The notes under the pieces were generated by a model. That model did no database searches. It saw nothing but the letters and a program-made list of their open reading frames with translations, and was not told the origin of the DNA. This document shows positions 30,901 to 38,781 of a DNA stretch of 64,000 bases, in pieces. Origin of the DNA: an uncultured virus (IMG/VR IMGVR_UViG_3300021164_000915). Taxonomy: Duplodnaviria > Heunggongvirae > Uroviricota > Caudoviricetes. The position numbers were made by a program, and so were the translations under genes. The stretch lies in IMG/VR virus record IMGVR_UViG_3300021164_000915; one strand, 5' to 3'. Position 1 is the stretch's first letter; each line of letters opens with the position of its first letter.

Positions 30901-33900
30901 TGGTGCTGGAACACCTTTAAATATAACAATTTCAGAATTCAAAAAGCTTAAGAAAACAGTCCAAGATCAATTTGGAGATCAGATTAAGCTAATTAATAAA
31001 ACTAGTGCAGATGATCAATTAGATTTAGCAATGAGACTAAAAACTCAATTTATTTCTATGGGAATGACTGCTGAAGAAGCAACTAAAAAGATTTATACAA
31101 TGTACACTCTGTCAAATTTTGCACAGGATGCAACGCTATACACGGTTCAGTCTCAAGGATTTAATAATATAAAAACAGCAATTGACGCAGCTATTGATTC
31201 ATTAAGAATATATAACGACGCAGTAAAAAATAAGCTAGACCCAACAGAACAAGCAAATGCTTTTAACACAGCACAAATGGGAATTACCACTGCTGTGGAA
31301 GAAGATCAAAAGATAGCTTTAAAAAATAGAAAAGCAGATAAGAGCAAGCCATCTTTTGTAAGTTCTGGTGAAGAAAAACAAATTATGTGGGATGCCGAAC
31401 TGGCAGCCATAGAAAAAATAAATTCAAAACAAAGCGCACAAACAACTATAACTCAAGAGACAATAAATGAGTTAAGAGCAGCCAACTCAGTGATAGGCGA
31501 AATGATAGACCTCCAAGATACAAACGTATCTATTTGGCAAAAAGAAAGGCTTGTGGTAAGAGGATACTCCCAAGACTTATTAGGACTTAATGCACAACAA
31601 GTAAATGCTCTGTACTTACTACAAATGGCAGCAACTAAATCTATTGAGGTAATTGGTAGACAAACTTTCTTAAAAACACAATATAAAGAATTAGATAGAC
31701 TAAAGGGTTTGCAAGAAAAGTATACAAAAGCTTTAAAGGGTCAAAGCGTAGCACAACAAATATCAGATAGAGATAGACTTTCATCACTTCAAAAACAAGT
31801 AGATGCCAATAATAAATTAGCTGCCGCAAGAATAAAAGCACTGGATGCAGCAAAACAAGAAAATGATATAGCGATACAGATTGCTAAAAAGCAGGCGGAG
31901 TATGACGCAGCACTTGCTACAGGAAACACAGCGGCAGCACAGCAAGCAAGCTTAGACATACAGGGCCTACAAAGCGACTTACAGTATAACGCACAGGTTA
32001 AAGCAATTCAAGATGCAACAGATTTTAAGAACGCTCCTTTATTAAGACAAATTGAAATCATTCAAAACAAGCAAAAGAACTTATCAGATGCAGCGGCACT
32101 AGCTGGTGAAAAGCTTGGAGATGTATCCACAGCAATAGGCAAACAAGAAAGCGCAATCGGCACTTTAATTACTGCCATGGCAAACTATAGAACTGCTCTG
32201 CAACAAAATAAAGACCAGTTAGCAGCTTGGAAGGACACCCCAGAAGCAAAGGGTATGTTGGCTGCAATAACTTCAGCAGCGCAAGCATTGAAGGTTGATC
32301 TATCCCCATATCCAGTAGATCCAAAAACTGGAAAACCAGGCGTGGATGCAGGCCAAGGATTATACGATAGCATATCATCAGGACTTGAAGCCTCACTTAT
32401 TAAGAGTGGAATAATTGTAAACGGAGACGTATATGTAAATGGCAAAAAGGTTGCATCATTTGCTAGTGCATTAAAGCAAGCAGACCCTGCAAAAGTTGGC
32501 GGAGGAACATCTGGCACGGGAGCAGATAAAAAATATTATAACGCTGCTGGAGAACAAATTACTAAACAAGTATACGAAGAACTTCCAAAAAGATCAGACG
32601 ATGGAAAGTACACAGTTGGATATAAAGATTTTACAATTCCAGAAAAAGCACTTGCAAATAAAATGTTTAGTACCTGGGGAGATCTTACCGAAGCTTTTTA
32701 TAAAAAATTTGGTGGAGGCACGACTAAAACCGTTATTGCAGGAAATACATATGGAGTTAATGGAGAGGTTTGGATTGGAACAGACACAGTTGGTCAAAAA
32801 CCAGTAGGCTATTGGGCAAATACAACTAATGGTGGAAAGAAGGTTAAGAGCTTTAATCAGGGTGGTCCAATATACGGAGCTGGAACTGCAACCTCAGATT
32901 CTATTCCAGCATTGCTTTCAAATGGAGAGTATGTAGTAAGAGCATCTGCAGTTAAACAATACGGTGTAGAACATTTTGATGCTTTAAACGCACAAAGATT
33001 TGCTGGCGGCGGTCTTGCAGAAGCAATAAGAAAAGATCCAACACTTAGAAATCTTACTTCACCACTAGGTACTAGACAAAGAATGCTAGACACAGCCACA
33101 GCTCAACTTGGAATTTCAGAAGGATTTGATCCAAAAACTGGAGAAGGAAACAATGTAACAAAGTACTCCAAATGGATTAATCAACTTGAAAAACTAGGAT
33201 CAGATGTTGTTGTATGGTGCGGAACATTTATTCAATGGGCAGCAGCAATGTCTGATGTTAAGATACCAGACACTTTCCATACAGCAGCTGGAGCAAGAAG
33301 CTTTGCAGGACTTAAACAGCTTGTAAATGCTGGAATGGATTTGCCAACTGCAAAAGATAAGTTTTCATATAGCACTCCTTATCCAAAAATGGCTGATTTT
33401 AAAGTATCTCAAAGTCGTAATGAAAATGAATATGGAAAGCTTATTGGAAGTCAAAAAAATATTAAAGCCTATGAAGCAGCATATGCAAAATGGGAAAAAG
33501 AAATCAAACTTCCAGAAGATCTTGCAAGAGACAAAAGATTAGAAAAAACATCAGATATTGGATGGGCTAATGTTTTAAAGAATCCTCCAATGCCTGGAGA
33601 TATACTTTATTTAAATTGGGCAATGAATCCAAGGAACGCAAACACTTCTGAAATTCCAAATAGAATAAGACATGCAGCCCTTGTAACAAAAATTTCAGGA
33701 ATAAAAGATATTAATGGAGTTCCTGGGTATTGGATTGATTCAATTGATGGCAATAGCGAAGATAGGGTTCAAAGAAACAACTACGAGTTAACTAGAGCCA
33801 ACATGAGATACAATCCACTTGTAGCTTATGCAAGACCAAACTACAAGCCTTCAAAATCAGGAATGCTTGCAGATATTATTGCAAATCTTTTTAATACAAA

Positions 33901-36900
33901 TGAAAACGATACTTACACAGTAAAAAGAAATAAAACTCTGCCTCAAATTGCAAAGACATTAAAAATAAGTTATGAAGATCTTGCTAAATTAAATCCAGAA
34001 TATTTACAAGGAAACATTGTATATGCAGGCACTGAAATAAATATTCCTAAAGCAAAGCCACCTGTTAAGAAAGCTGCTGGGGGCCCAATATATGGAGCAG
34101 GAACTGCCACATCTGATTCTATCCCAGCGTTACTTTCAAATGGCGAGTACGTAATTAAAGCAGCCTCTGTTGCTAAATATGGCGTTGGAACATTTGATGC
34201 TCTAAATACACAAAGGTTTGCACACGGCGGACCAGTACATCCAAACATTTTATCAAATGAAGTAGGCACAACTGCAAGATCAACAGGGGAACGAATGGGC
34301 GGCCCATTCGGATTGCTTGGTAGAGGAATGCAAGACCTAGGATCGCTAGGTTATGAAATGCTGATGTCTACAGTCAATAGCGGTAAGTTTTTAGCAGGCT
34401 TGGCTTACGATAAGCCTAACTGGATGAGCCCAGAAGATGAAAAGATGTACAAGCAAGCAATACTTGATCTTCAAAAAGGCAATGCAGGTGGAGCTCTTGG
34501 TAGAGTCGCTGGAAGAACAGCAATGTCTGCTTTCAATGTTTACCCTAAAGTCATTCCATGGAATAGGATCTGGAATCAAGCGGGACTAAAAGATTTACCT
34601 GGACAAACAGAATGGTTCCTTGCTAACCTGCCATCTGCAATGCCAGACATATACAATCATTATTTTGGTAAGAAGAAGTATGCCGAAGGTGGGCCTGTAG
34701 CTGATACAGTGTCTTCAATAGACAGATTTAAAAACAAATTTAAAAGTTGGAACGAAGCCGAAGTGCCCGAAATGGCTGGAGGAAGATCTGATTACTACAA
34801 TCGTCGTCCGATTGATACAGTTGGAAAATTTACAGAAAATGAAAGAGAAGTTTCTGAACTTTTGCATGCTTGGACTGGTCTTCTTAATACATACTATGGA
34901 GCTAAATACGAAAATCTGTTTAGAAAAAATAAAAAGGATAGCCTTCTTACAAACCCTATAACCACAGACTTAGAAGTTGCCACTCCAAGAAACGAACTTG
35001 GTCTTAAGGGCCACCGATTAGGAATGTTCACCCCACTATTTGCAGGCACGGACATTAAAGAAAAAATTGGAGGCCAAATGATGATGATGCCAACAATTAT
35101 GGGAGCCGATTACCGTAATATAATGCTTCCAAATCAAAAAGGTTTTGATCCAGTTCCTCTTACTCTTGGCGATCCATATAAAATTGGATTTAAAACATAT
35201 TCTGATAAGATGAGTAAAGATTTTTTAACTAATGAAGATATGAGATTGGACCTGATATCAGTAATTAGTCATGAGTTTGGCCATCAATTACAACAAAGAT
35301 TTGAAAGAAGTAATGTTTTGGGAAATAAAAATACTGCTTCTAAAATTTTTACAGACAACAAAGGCAAAGCTCTAAAGCGAAAAGACTTAGAAGAAATAAA
35401 TGCGGACATGTTATCTGGCGCAATTATTTCAGAAATGTATAACGCTGGTTATATGAAAAATATTGCAACACCAGCAGCAATTACAAAATATTTAAAGAAA
35501 GAATATTTAAAACACGCAGCTAAAAAAGTTGGCTCCACGGACATACAGGCCAGCTACAAAGACGACAAAGGCAAATTAGTTGAGACTGATTCGCATGCAC
35601 ATGACTCAATGTATAGATTTGGGGCCTACATAGAAGGATTTAAAGATAAAAATACCGACATAGCGTTATCTGATTACTTTGGAGTTTCTCCAAAAGATTT
35701 GTATCCCGACACTACAAAAGCAAAATCAGTTGTTGAAACTTTATCTAGTTATAAATTAAAATCAGAGTTCTTTGATGAGAATAACCAGACAAGAATGCCA
35801 GATCTTTTAAATACTAAATATGCAGAAATTTTAGGGCTATCATCTTCTGGACCAACAGTACCTCATAAAGCACTTAACATTCAGACCCCACGTGATTTTG
35901 CAAGAGCTTTAATATCAGCCTATGGAGGAACTCCAACTGAACCTTTGATTAATGGAATACAAGCATGGGCAATGCAAGAAGGCGGACATTGGCAAAACAG
36001 AGCTTTGCATAATCCATTAAATACAACATTGGTTCTCCCAGGATCTACAAAAATGAATACAGTTAATGCAGGAACTGGAACAGGGGTCCAGGCTTATACT
36101 TCATGGGAGCAAGGCTTAGAAGCAACTATGCAAACATTAAGTTTCCCTAATCATGGATACGAAGACATAATTGCAGCCTTTAGAGATAGTAAATCTAAGG
36201 ATGCTGGTAAGTTATTTAAAGCAATAAATAAATCTGACTGGGGCCATCCAAAATATAATTTTGATGTAAACAGTAAATGGACTCAAGCAATGATGCGATA
36301 CAACCCAGCCAAACCATTTGGACCAGATACAAAAAATCCAGAATGGTATTCTGAATTACCAGGTGGCGGCCTTATTACTATTACCGTTACCCCTGAAGAA
36401 AATGAAGATCCTAATTGTCAAGGACCAAATTGTAAGAAAAAGAATTGCGTTGGTCTAGATTGCCCAAACAGAATCCCAGGAGATAAGCCTGATGACAACC
36501 CCTGGGATCCAGATATTGATTGGGAACGATGGTGGCCAAAGGATGAAAAATTATATAGCCCTAAGCAAAGAATAGTAGATTATTACCAGCACGTATATCC
36601 TCAGAGACCAATGAAAAAATTTACTGGAACGCTAAAGAATGCTGCAAACTCACTCCCTAGAGAAAAAACAAAAATGGGAGTATCAATCACAAGCCCGTCC
36701 TCAGTATATGACTTGTTCGAATGGGGCGGTAAAAAGTGGGCAAAGCCTAAGAATGCGGGCGATGCACTTTTTGAAGTACAAGACTATCCAAATGTTGACT
36801 GGCCATTAGGCTCACAAGTAATAGATGGAAAGATTATGAATGTTATTGATCGTCCACACGGAGAGGACTTCTATTACTGGCCAAATGGAGGAATAGGAAC

Positions 36901-37414
36901 AACTAGCAGAATCTCCAAGTGGCCTGGAACAAATATTCCAACTGCCCCAGCAATGGTTCAAAACAAGTTGGAAAAGTTCTTTTTAACTTCCAATCAAGAA
37001 ACTGGATATGCAAATGGATTCCTTAGAGCAGCAGACTACGACAGATTGGCGACATGGAAAGATAAAGATTATCCAGACTCTATAATTCAAAAATTTGCAT
37101 CTGGCGGCTTGGCAACAAAATTTAATATACCTAAATTTGAAAGTGGCATAAATATGGTTCCAGCCAACATGCTCGCTATGCTTCATAAGAATGAAGCAGT
37201 TGTACCAGCTAATATGAACCCCTTTAATCCAAACGCTAATAATGCTACAATGGGTGGAGCAACATATAATATTACAAACAATATAAATGGATACGACGGA
37301 GACTTAAATCAATTGTCAAACATAATAACACAAAGAACCATGACAGCTATTAAGACATTAGATTCTACTAATGCAAAAATGGTGGGAACAAACAAGACTG
37401 TAGGTATTAGATAA
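24911..37414 (+). CDS. Tape measure protein (4167 aa) with multiple cargo domains
   Basis: TP901-type helical N-terminal region and hydrophobic segments; ART-, CHAP-, LysM-, HExxH- and lysozyme-like motifs; follows the chaperone genes. Confidence 0.9.
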   Translation: MADNLITTNITAHADFTSLRAQLAGLTAQLLKLQETTVGTNARLGQQIAVMNKQFAETLRSTGQYATHFVTLNSDVEKFGKNLDSGRLKLNQYFRVWRDHTKSSGGLIKDLARQQVMLENAVVQPLGKNAQGLMQYQVHVAKGLDSIKHKTALARHEASIMNKVMLDGSNQLINWGKNTQWAGRQLTVGLTVPLAAFGMAAQRAFLDANTEIVRLTKVYGGLSATSKSELAQVQKDVEATAKAMASSYGVAYKDTIALAADMAATGKQGNDLIQATEQTTRLAVLGEVDRQQAMKATLAIQNAFRQNTDELTQSIDFLNAVENQTSTSLEDLTEAIPKAGPVIQAMGGSIQDLALYMTAMKEGGIDASSGANALKSALAALVNPTGVAVDMFKGFGIDLKGIVSKNAGDLTATIMGLQSALDSLDPLQKQQALEQLFGKFQFARMNALFANLGKQGSQTLQVLDLMKASSADLAAVSSRELSMITESASGKYKRALASVQADLAQIGNQFLTISTYVLNVISGIVKFFNQLPDPIQKMLGFLGGLTAIAGPLIMLTGVLGNFVGYVIKGVFHLKSLLKGGQGFKLLTPEIIAAMEAGKGLQATFHSDAEATKVLTSAVNTLAQSFTNLEVKANAARVSMNPAITTVANGVILPGQAHVGGASARVVDPNNPLVGSPYSRQMAHLTPAGTPQQGSIFGVVPNPGPVNLRIGKNPQAYMDRDLPKIPGLTSVGGVSTGIVAAEAAKWHAMTAAIAMQSEAEIKVLKAEVMSTGTVTSSLSDSYQALLPQFSKITKTAAAEVAQIVEQVKASKITVEQARARIITLNAQVEAMLVSTTAQVAAGMGRTANLTTVPLTGQPAVTATGRSNMKELFHKGPTATMVDRIARALGGVRTSGAGYSIHTTVPRFNDGGLVESFGSNKTQVSGPASVNYDDRLGSVPVGGYVLNQAASMDPRNRPLVEAASSTYQGGGEITAMLTPKETVFGAGIQRNPELLKAVDAANNGTPLTAHMGGGHITLERPNYGALTPKALAALISRITRRGPKLSPEIAQGRNLQLTAEEAIAYQARVLPAGTRRASMGADRTYYYVGNWGGRLRGSTNSALPHGAAKKSDVVYDLMHGSAEEALPSLARFLEVHKVRPERIAELTSRARANIVKELGGVGTIGEAQWSQIQHRQYLQIAKELRLKKQYLESLNVPGQRRAKSLDPSRNGYDRETAISPYNAADLKTLDALNEANGTAFMGSYRNYGISTIDGKPAVLAHMMPGFALGGPIVKAKRNYGLVMGQMGIPMFRGAYKSPLTIHPEQQALMERQQAERWAKLPKDKNGDVWHTPAELDLMRKGKMVMGSRPMPKSFYQDLANDDPLHGTLQIGRYQPPLHVRNQYVGEQIRYSSPTNWRGREGTSAPAFASGTLETRARTALFRYMQGDYSAIGDPAVQAYLSAIRTKFTGTLHRGVKDVGSLPPTIRELIRQGRWSDLVGKEFIMRRSSWSTNADTAEGFGQLQIVASVKNRNAVPASEIFPDLTFQSPKGPVPVNESEVYMGGKFRIVAAGKDRLKLEAVYDAARENGGPVNAGRPYLVGEKGPEVFVPRNSGGIIPSYALGGMIRHGKNSYGRKGNPAARAAQEAAKRARAAAYIPAQTDAPEFREGPLSVGRTTIVGNGGVRTNVYAPQGSLPYMPALRLPFQTFNNNLTAAFSSIGANLKSVGASLKLASTKLIANVKTIPGQIKSSFTPMANSIKNIGNQIVVATKAAGNSIRAAGSYVNGWIRPQMYGTVAPGVSGTGPASTFAANLRYSTGNMLHPITYIQNKMAGGAVREQPKPIMGPDGKPMIDKATGQPYMTQPGRPAPRFTGTGMVTQAGASLGGYALGNKVGGSTGGIIGSIAAPLAVQGIFRAGAAIKAAGGIGAALGGGGIASGAAALAGLALPLAVVATAVVVGIKLWKNHKESMRLNALGYGMTAEAAAKAGLKFKDYNLSLKETVERAKNIRETQNLMFQSMTGAGTPLNITISEFKKLKKTVQDQFGDQIKLINKTSADDQLDLAMRLKTQFISMGMTAEEATKKIYTMYTLSNFAQDATLYTVQSQGFNNIKTAIDAAIDSLRIYNDAVKNKLDPTEQANAFNTAQMGITTAVEEDQKIALKNRKADKSKPSFVSSGEEKQIMWDAELAAIEKINSKQSAQTTITQETINELRAANSVIGEMIDLQDTNVSIWQKERLVVRGYSQDLLGLNAQQVNALYLLQMAATKSIEVIGRQTFLKTQYKELDRLKGLQEKYTKALKGQSVAQQISDRDRLSSLQKQVDANNKLAAARIKALDAAKQENDIAIQIAKKQAEYDAALATGNTAAAQQASLDIQGLQSDLQYNAQVKAIQDATDFKNAPLLRQIEIIQNKQKNLSDAAALAGEKLGDVSTAIGKQESAIGTLITAMANYRTALQQNKDQLAAWKDTPEAKGMLAAITSAAQALKVDLSPYPVDPKTGKPGVDAGQGLYDSISSGLEASLIKSGIIVNGDVYVNGKKVASFASALKQADPAKVGGGTSGTGADKKYYNAAGEQITKQVYEELPKRSDDGKYTVGYKDFTIPEKALANKMFSTWGDLTEAFYKKFGGGTTKTVIAGNTYGVNGEVWIGTDTVGQKPVGYWANTTNGGKKVKSFNQGGPIYGAGTATSDSIPALLSNGEYVVRASAVKQYGVEHFDALNAQRFAGGGLAEAIRKDPTLRNLTSPLGTRQRMLDTATAQLGISEGFDPKTGEGNNVTKYSKWINQLEKLGSDVVVWCGTFIQWAAAMSDVKIPDTFHTAAGARSFAGLKQLVNAGMDLPTAKDKFSYSTPYPKMADFKVSQSRNENEYGKLIGSQKNIKAYEAAYAKWEKEIKLPEDLARDKRLEKTSDIGWANVLKNPPMPGDILYLNWAMNPRNANTSEIPNRIRHAALVTKISGIKDINGVPGYWIDSIDGNSEDRVQRNNYELTRANMRYNPLVAYARPNYKPSKSGMLADIIANLFNTNENDTYTVKRNKTLPQIAKTLKISYEDLAKLNPEYLQGNIVYAGTEINIPKAKPPVKKAAGGPIYGAGTATSDSIPALLSNGEYVIKAASVAKYGVGTFDALNTQRFAHGGPVHPNILSNEVGTTARSTGERMGGPFGLLGRGMQDLGSLGYEMLMSTVNSGKFLAGLAYDKPNWMSPEDEKMYKQAILDLQKGNAGGALGRVAGRTAMSAFNVYPKVIPWNRIWNQAGLKDLPGQTEWFLANLPSAMPDIYNHYFGKKKYAEGGPVADTVSSIDRFKNKFKSWNEAEVPEMAGGRSDYYNRRPIDTVGKFTENEREVSELLHAWTGLLNTYYGAKYENLFRKNKKDSLLTNPITTDLEVATPRNELGLKGHRLGMFTPLFAGTDIKEKIGGQMMMMPTIMGADYRNIMLPNQKGFDPVPLTLGDPYKIGFKTYSDKMSKDFLTNEDMRLDLISVISHEFGHQLQQRFERSNVLGNKNTASKIFTDNKGKALKRKDLEEINADMLSGAIISEMYNAGYMKNIATPAAITKYLKKEYLKHAAKKVGSTDIQASYKDDKGKLVETDSHAHDSMYRFGAYIEGFKDKNTDIALSDYFGVSPKDLYPDTTKAKSVVETLSSYKLKSEFFDENNQTRMPDLLNTKYAEILGLSSSGPTVPHKALNIQTPRDFARALISAYGGTPTEPLINGIQAWAMQEGGHWQNRALHNPLNTTLVLPGSTKMNTVNAGTGTGVQAYTSWEQGLEATMQTLSFPNHGYEDIIAAFRDSKSKDAGKLFKAINKSDWGHPKYNFDVNSKWTQAMMRYNPAKPFGPDTKNPEWYSELPGGGLITITVTPEENEDPNCQGPNCKKKNCVGLDCPNRIPGDKPDDNPWDPDIDWERWWPKDEKLYSPKQRIVDYYQHVYPQRPMKKFTGTLKNAANSLPREKTKMGVSITSPSSVYDLFEWGGKKWAKPKNAGDALFEVQDYPNVDWPLGSQVIDGKIMNVIDRPHGEDFYYWPNGGIGTTSRISKWPGTNIPTAPAMVQNKLEKFFLTSNQETGYANGFLRAADYDRLATWKDKDYPDSIIQKFASGGLATKFNIPKFESGINMVPANMLAMLHKNEAVVPANMNPFNPNANNATMGGATYNITNNINGYDGDLNQLSNIITQRTMTAIKTLDSTNAKMVGTNKTVGIR
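32861..34231 (+). repeat. Duplicated module of about 50 aa within the tape measure gene (about 32861-33013 and about 34079-34231)
   Basis: GGPIYGAGTATSDSIPALLSNGEYV..A..V..YGV..FDALN.QRFA.GG occurs twice, with many synonymous differences. Confidence 0.9.
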
Positions 37415-38781
37415 TGGCACTAACACTACCAGTAGGCTCTGCTATATACTTAGACGAAACATACGGACTAGATGCACATATATGGAAAAAGGTATCGGAG
37501 CATAACAGGGCTCCAGTTGTTGTAGATACAACAAGAATTGAAAAGTCTCAAAGAATGGCAAATGGCACACTTAGAAAAATCTTTATTGCGGATAAGGTTT
37601 TGATAAGCACAACTTGGTCAGATCTTCCATCTTCTTCTACTATGACAGTAGATGGAGGATGGGGCGCAATGGATTTAAAAACATATTATGAGAATCAGGG
37701 CAAGGGTGCATTCTGGGTAAAGCTATCGCCAAACGGAACATCTGCTAGAGAAAAAATAGTTAAGATGGCTTTTGTTGCAGCAAGTTTTTCAATGATGAAA
37801 AGAAATGTTCGTATGGGGAGCACAACTAGTTCTGCACAGATATCAGCCGCTACTCCAGGAACCACCTCTATTGTTTACACGGCAGACAATAGCTTTCAAG
37901 CAGGAAATACTGTAACGATTAGAGGATTTGAGTCGAGTCAGTTTAACGTAACTAATGCAGTTATATCCGCAGCCACAGCAACAACATTTACAGTGCCAAA
38001 ACAAAAAGATTTATCTTGCTCTATAACTCAAGTGTCTGCATCTGGTGGAGTTATTACATATATAGCAAACAATACTTTTTCTGTTGGGGATCGAATTACA
38101 ATAACTGGCCTTGCAACAACAGCATTTAACTTAACGGATGTTAAGATTGTAGCTGCAGCAGACTCTTATTTTGATGTTTCAAATGCAGCAACAGGAGCAG
38201 CAGTAACTTCGGCAGCTGGCGGAACAGCAACAGTTATTGGTGAGTCAACTGTATTTGCAATAAGCAAAACAGAGCCATCTCTGGCTAATAAAGATATTAA
38301 ATTTACATCTGCTGCTCATAAAATTCATGCAGGAGAAACTGTAAATATAACATCAGTTAGGCCAGACGCAACTATAACAAATGTTACGGCACACACTACG
38401 GCTGGGCAAGTTAAATACACTGCGGCAAATAGCTTTGCGGCTGGAGACTATATTAGTATATCTGGAATAACTCCTTCACAATACAATGTACAGAGTGCAG
38501 CTATTGTTTCTGCTACAGAAACAGACTTTATTATTGCGATTGCGGCGACAGGAACGTTTAGAAAAAGCGGTACTGCATCAAGTATTTTAAATGTTAAGAA
38601 TGCCCTAGTTAAATCTGTAACATCAGATACATTTACTGTAGAATCATTAACTGCAAACGGATTAGCAATAACTTCAACGGCGTCTGCTCAACAAGTTCCA
38701 TCCTATCCAGCATCGGCAGTAAGCGTAAGCTCTGAAGTACAAGAATTTTGGGATGTATCTATAACACTGGAAGAAGTATAA
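37414..38781 (+). CDS. Distal-tail-like minor tail protein with inserted beta repeats
   Basis: First gene after the TMP; RMANGTLRK motif; four N.F..G..I.I.G-type repeats. Confidence 0.6.
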   Translation: MALTLPVGSAIYLDETYGLDAHIWKKVSEHNRAPVVVDTTRIEKSQRMANGTLRKIFIADKVLISTTWSDLPSSSTMTVDGGWGAMDLKTYYENQGKGAFWVKLSPNGTSAREKIVKMAFVAASFSMMKRNVRMGSTTSSAQISAATPGTTSIVYTADNSFQAGNTVTIRGFESSQFNVTNAVISAATATTFTVPKQKDLSCSITQVSASGGVITYIANNTFSVGDRITITGLATTAFNLTDVKIVAAADSYFDVSNAATGAAVTSAAGGTATVIGESTVFAISKTEPSLANKDIKFTSAAHKIHAGETVNITSVRPDATITNVTAHTTAGQVKYTAANSFAAGDYISISGITPSQYNVQSAAIVSATETDFIIAIAATGTFRKSGTASSILNVKNALVKSVTSDTFTVESLTANGLAITSTASAQQVPSYPASAVSVSSEVQEFWDVSITLEEV

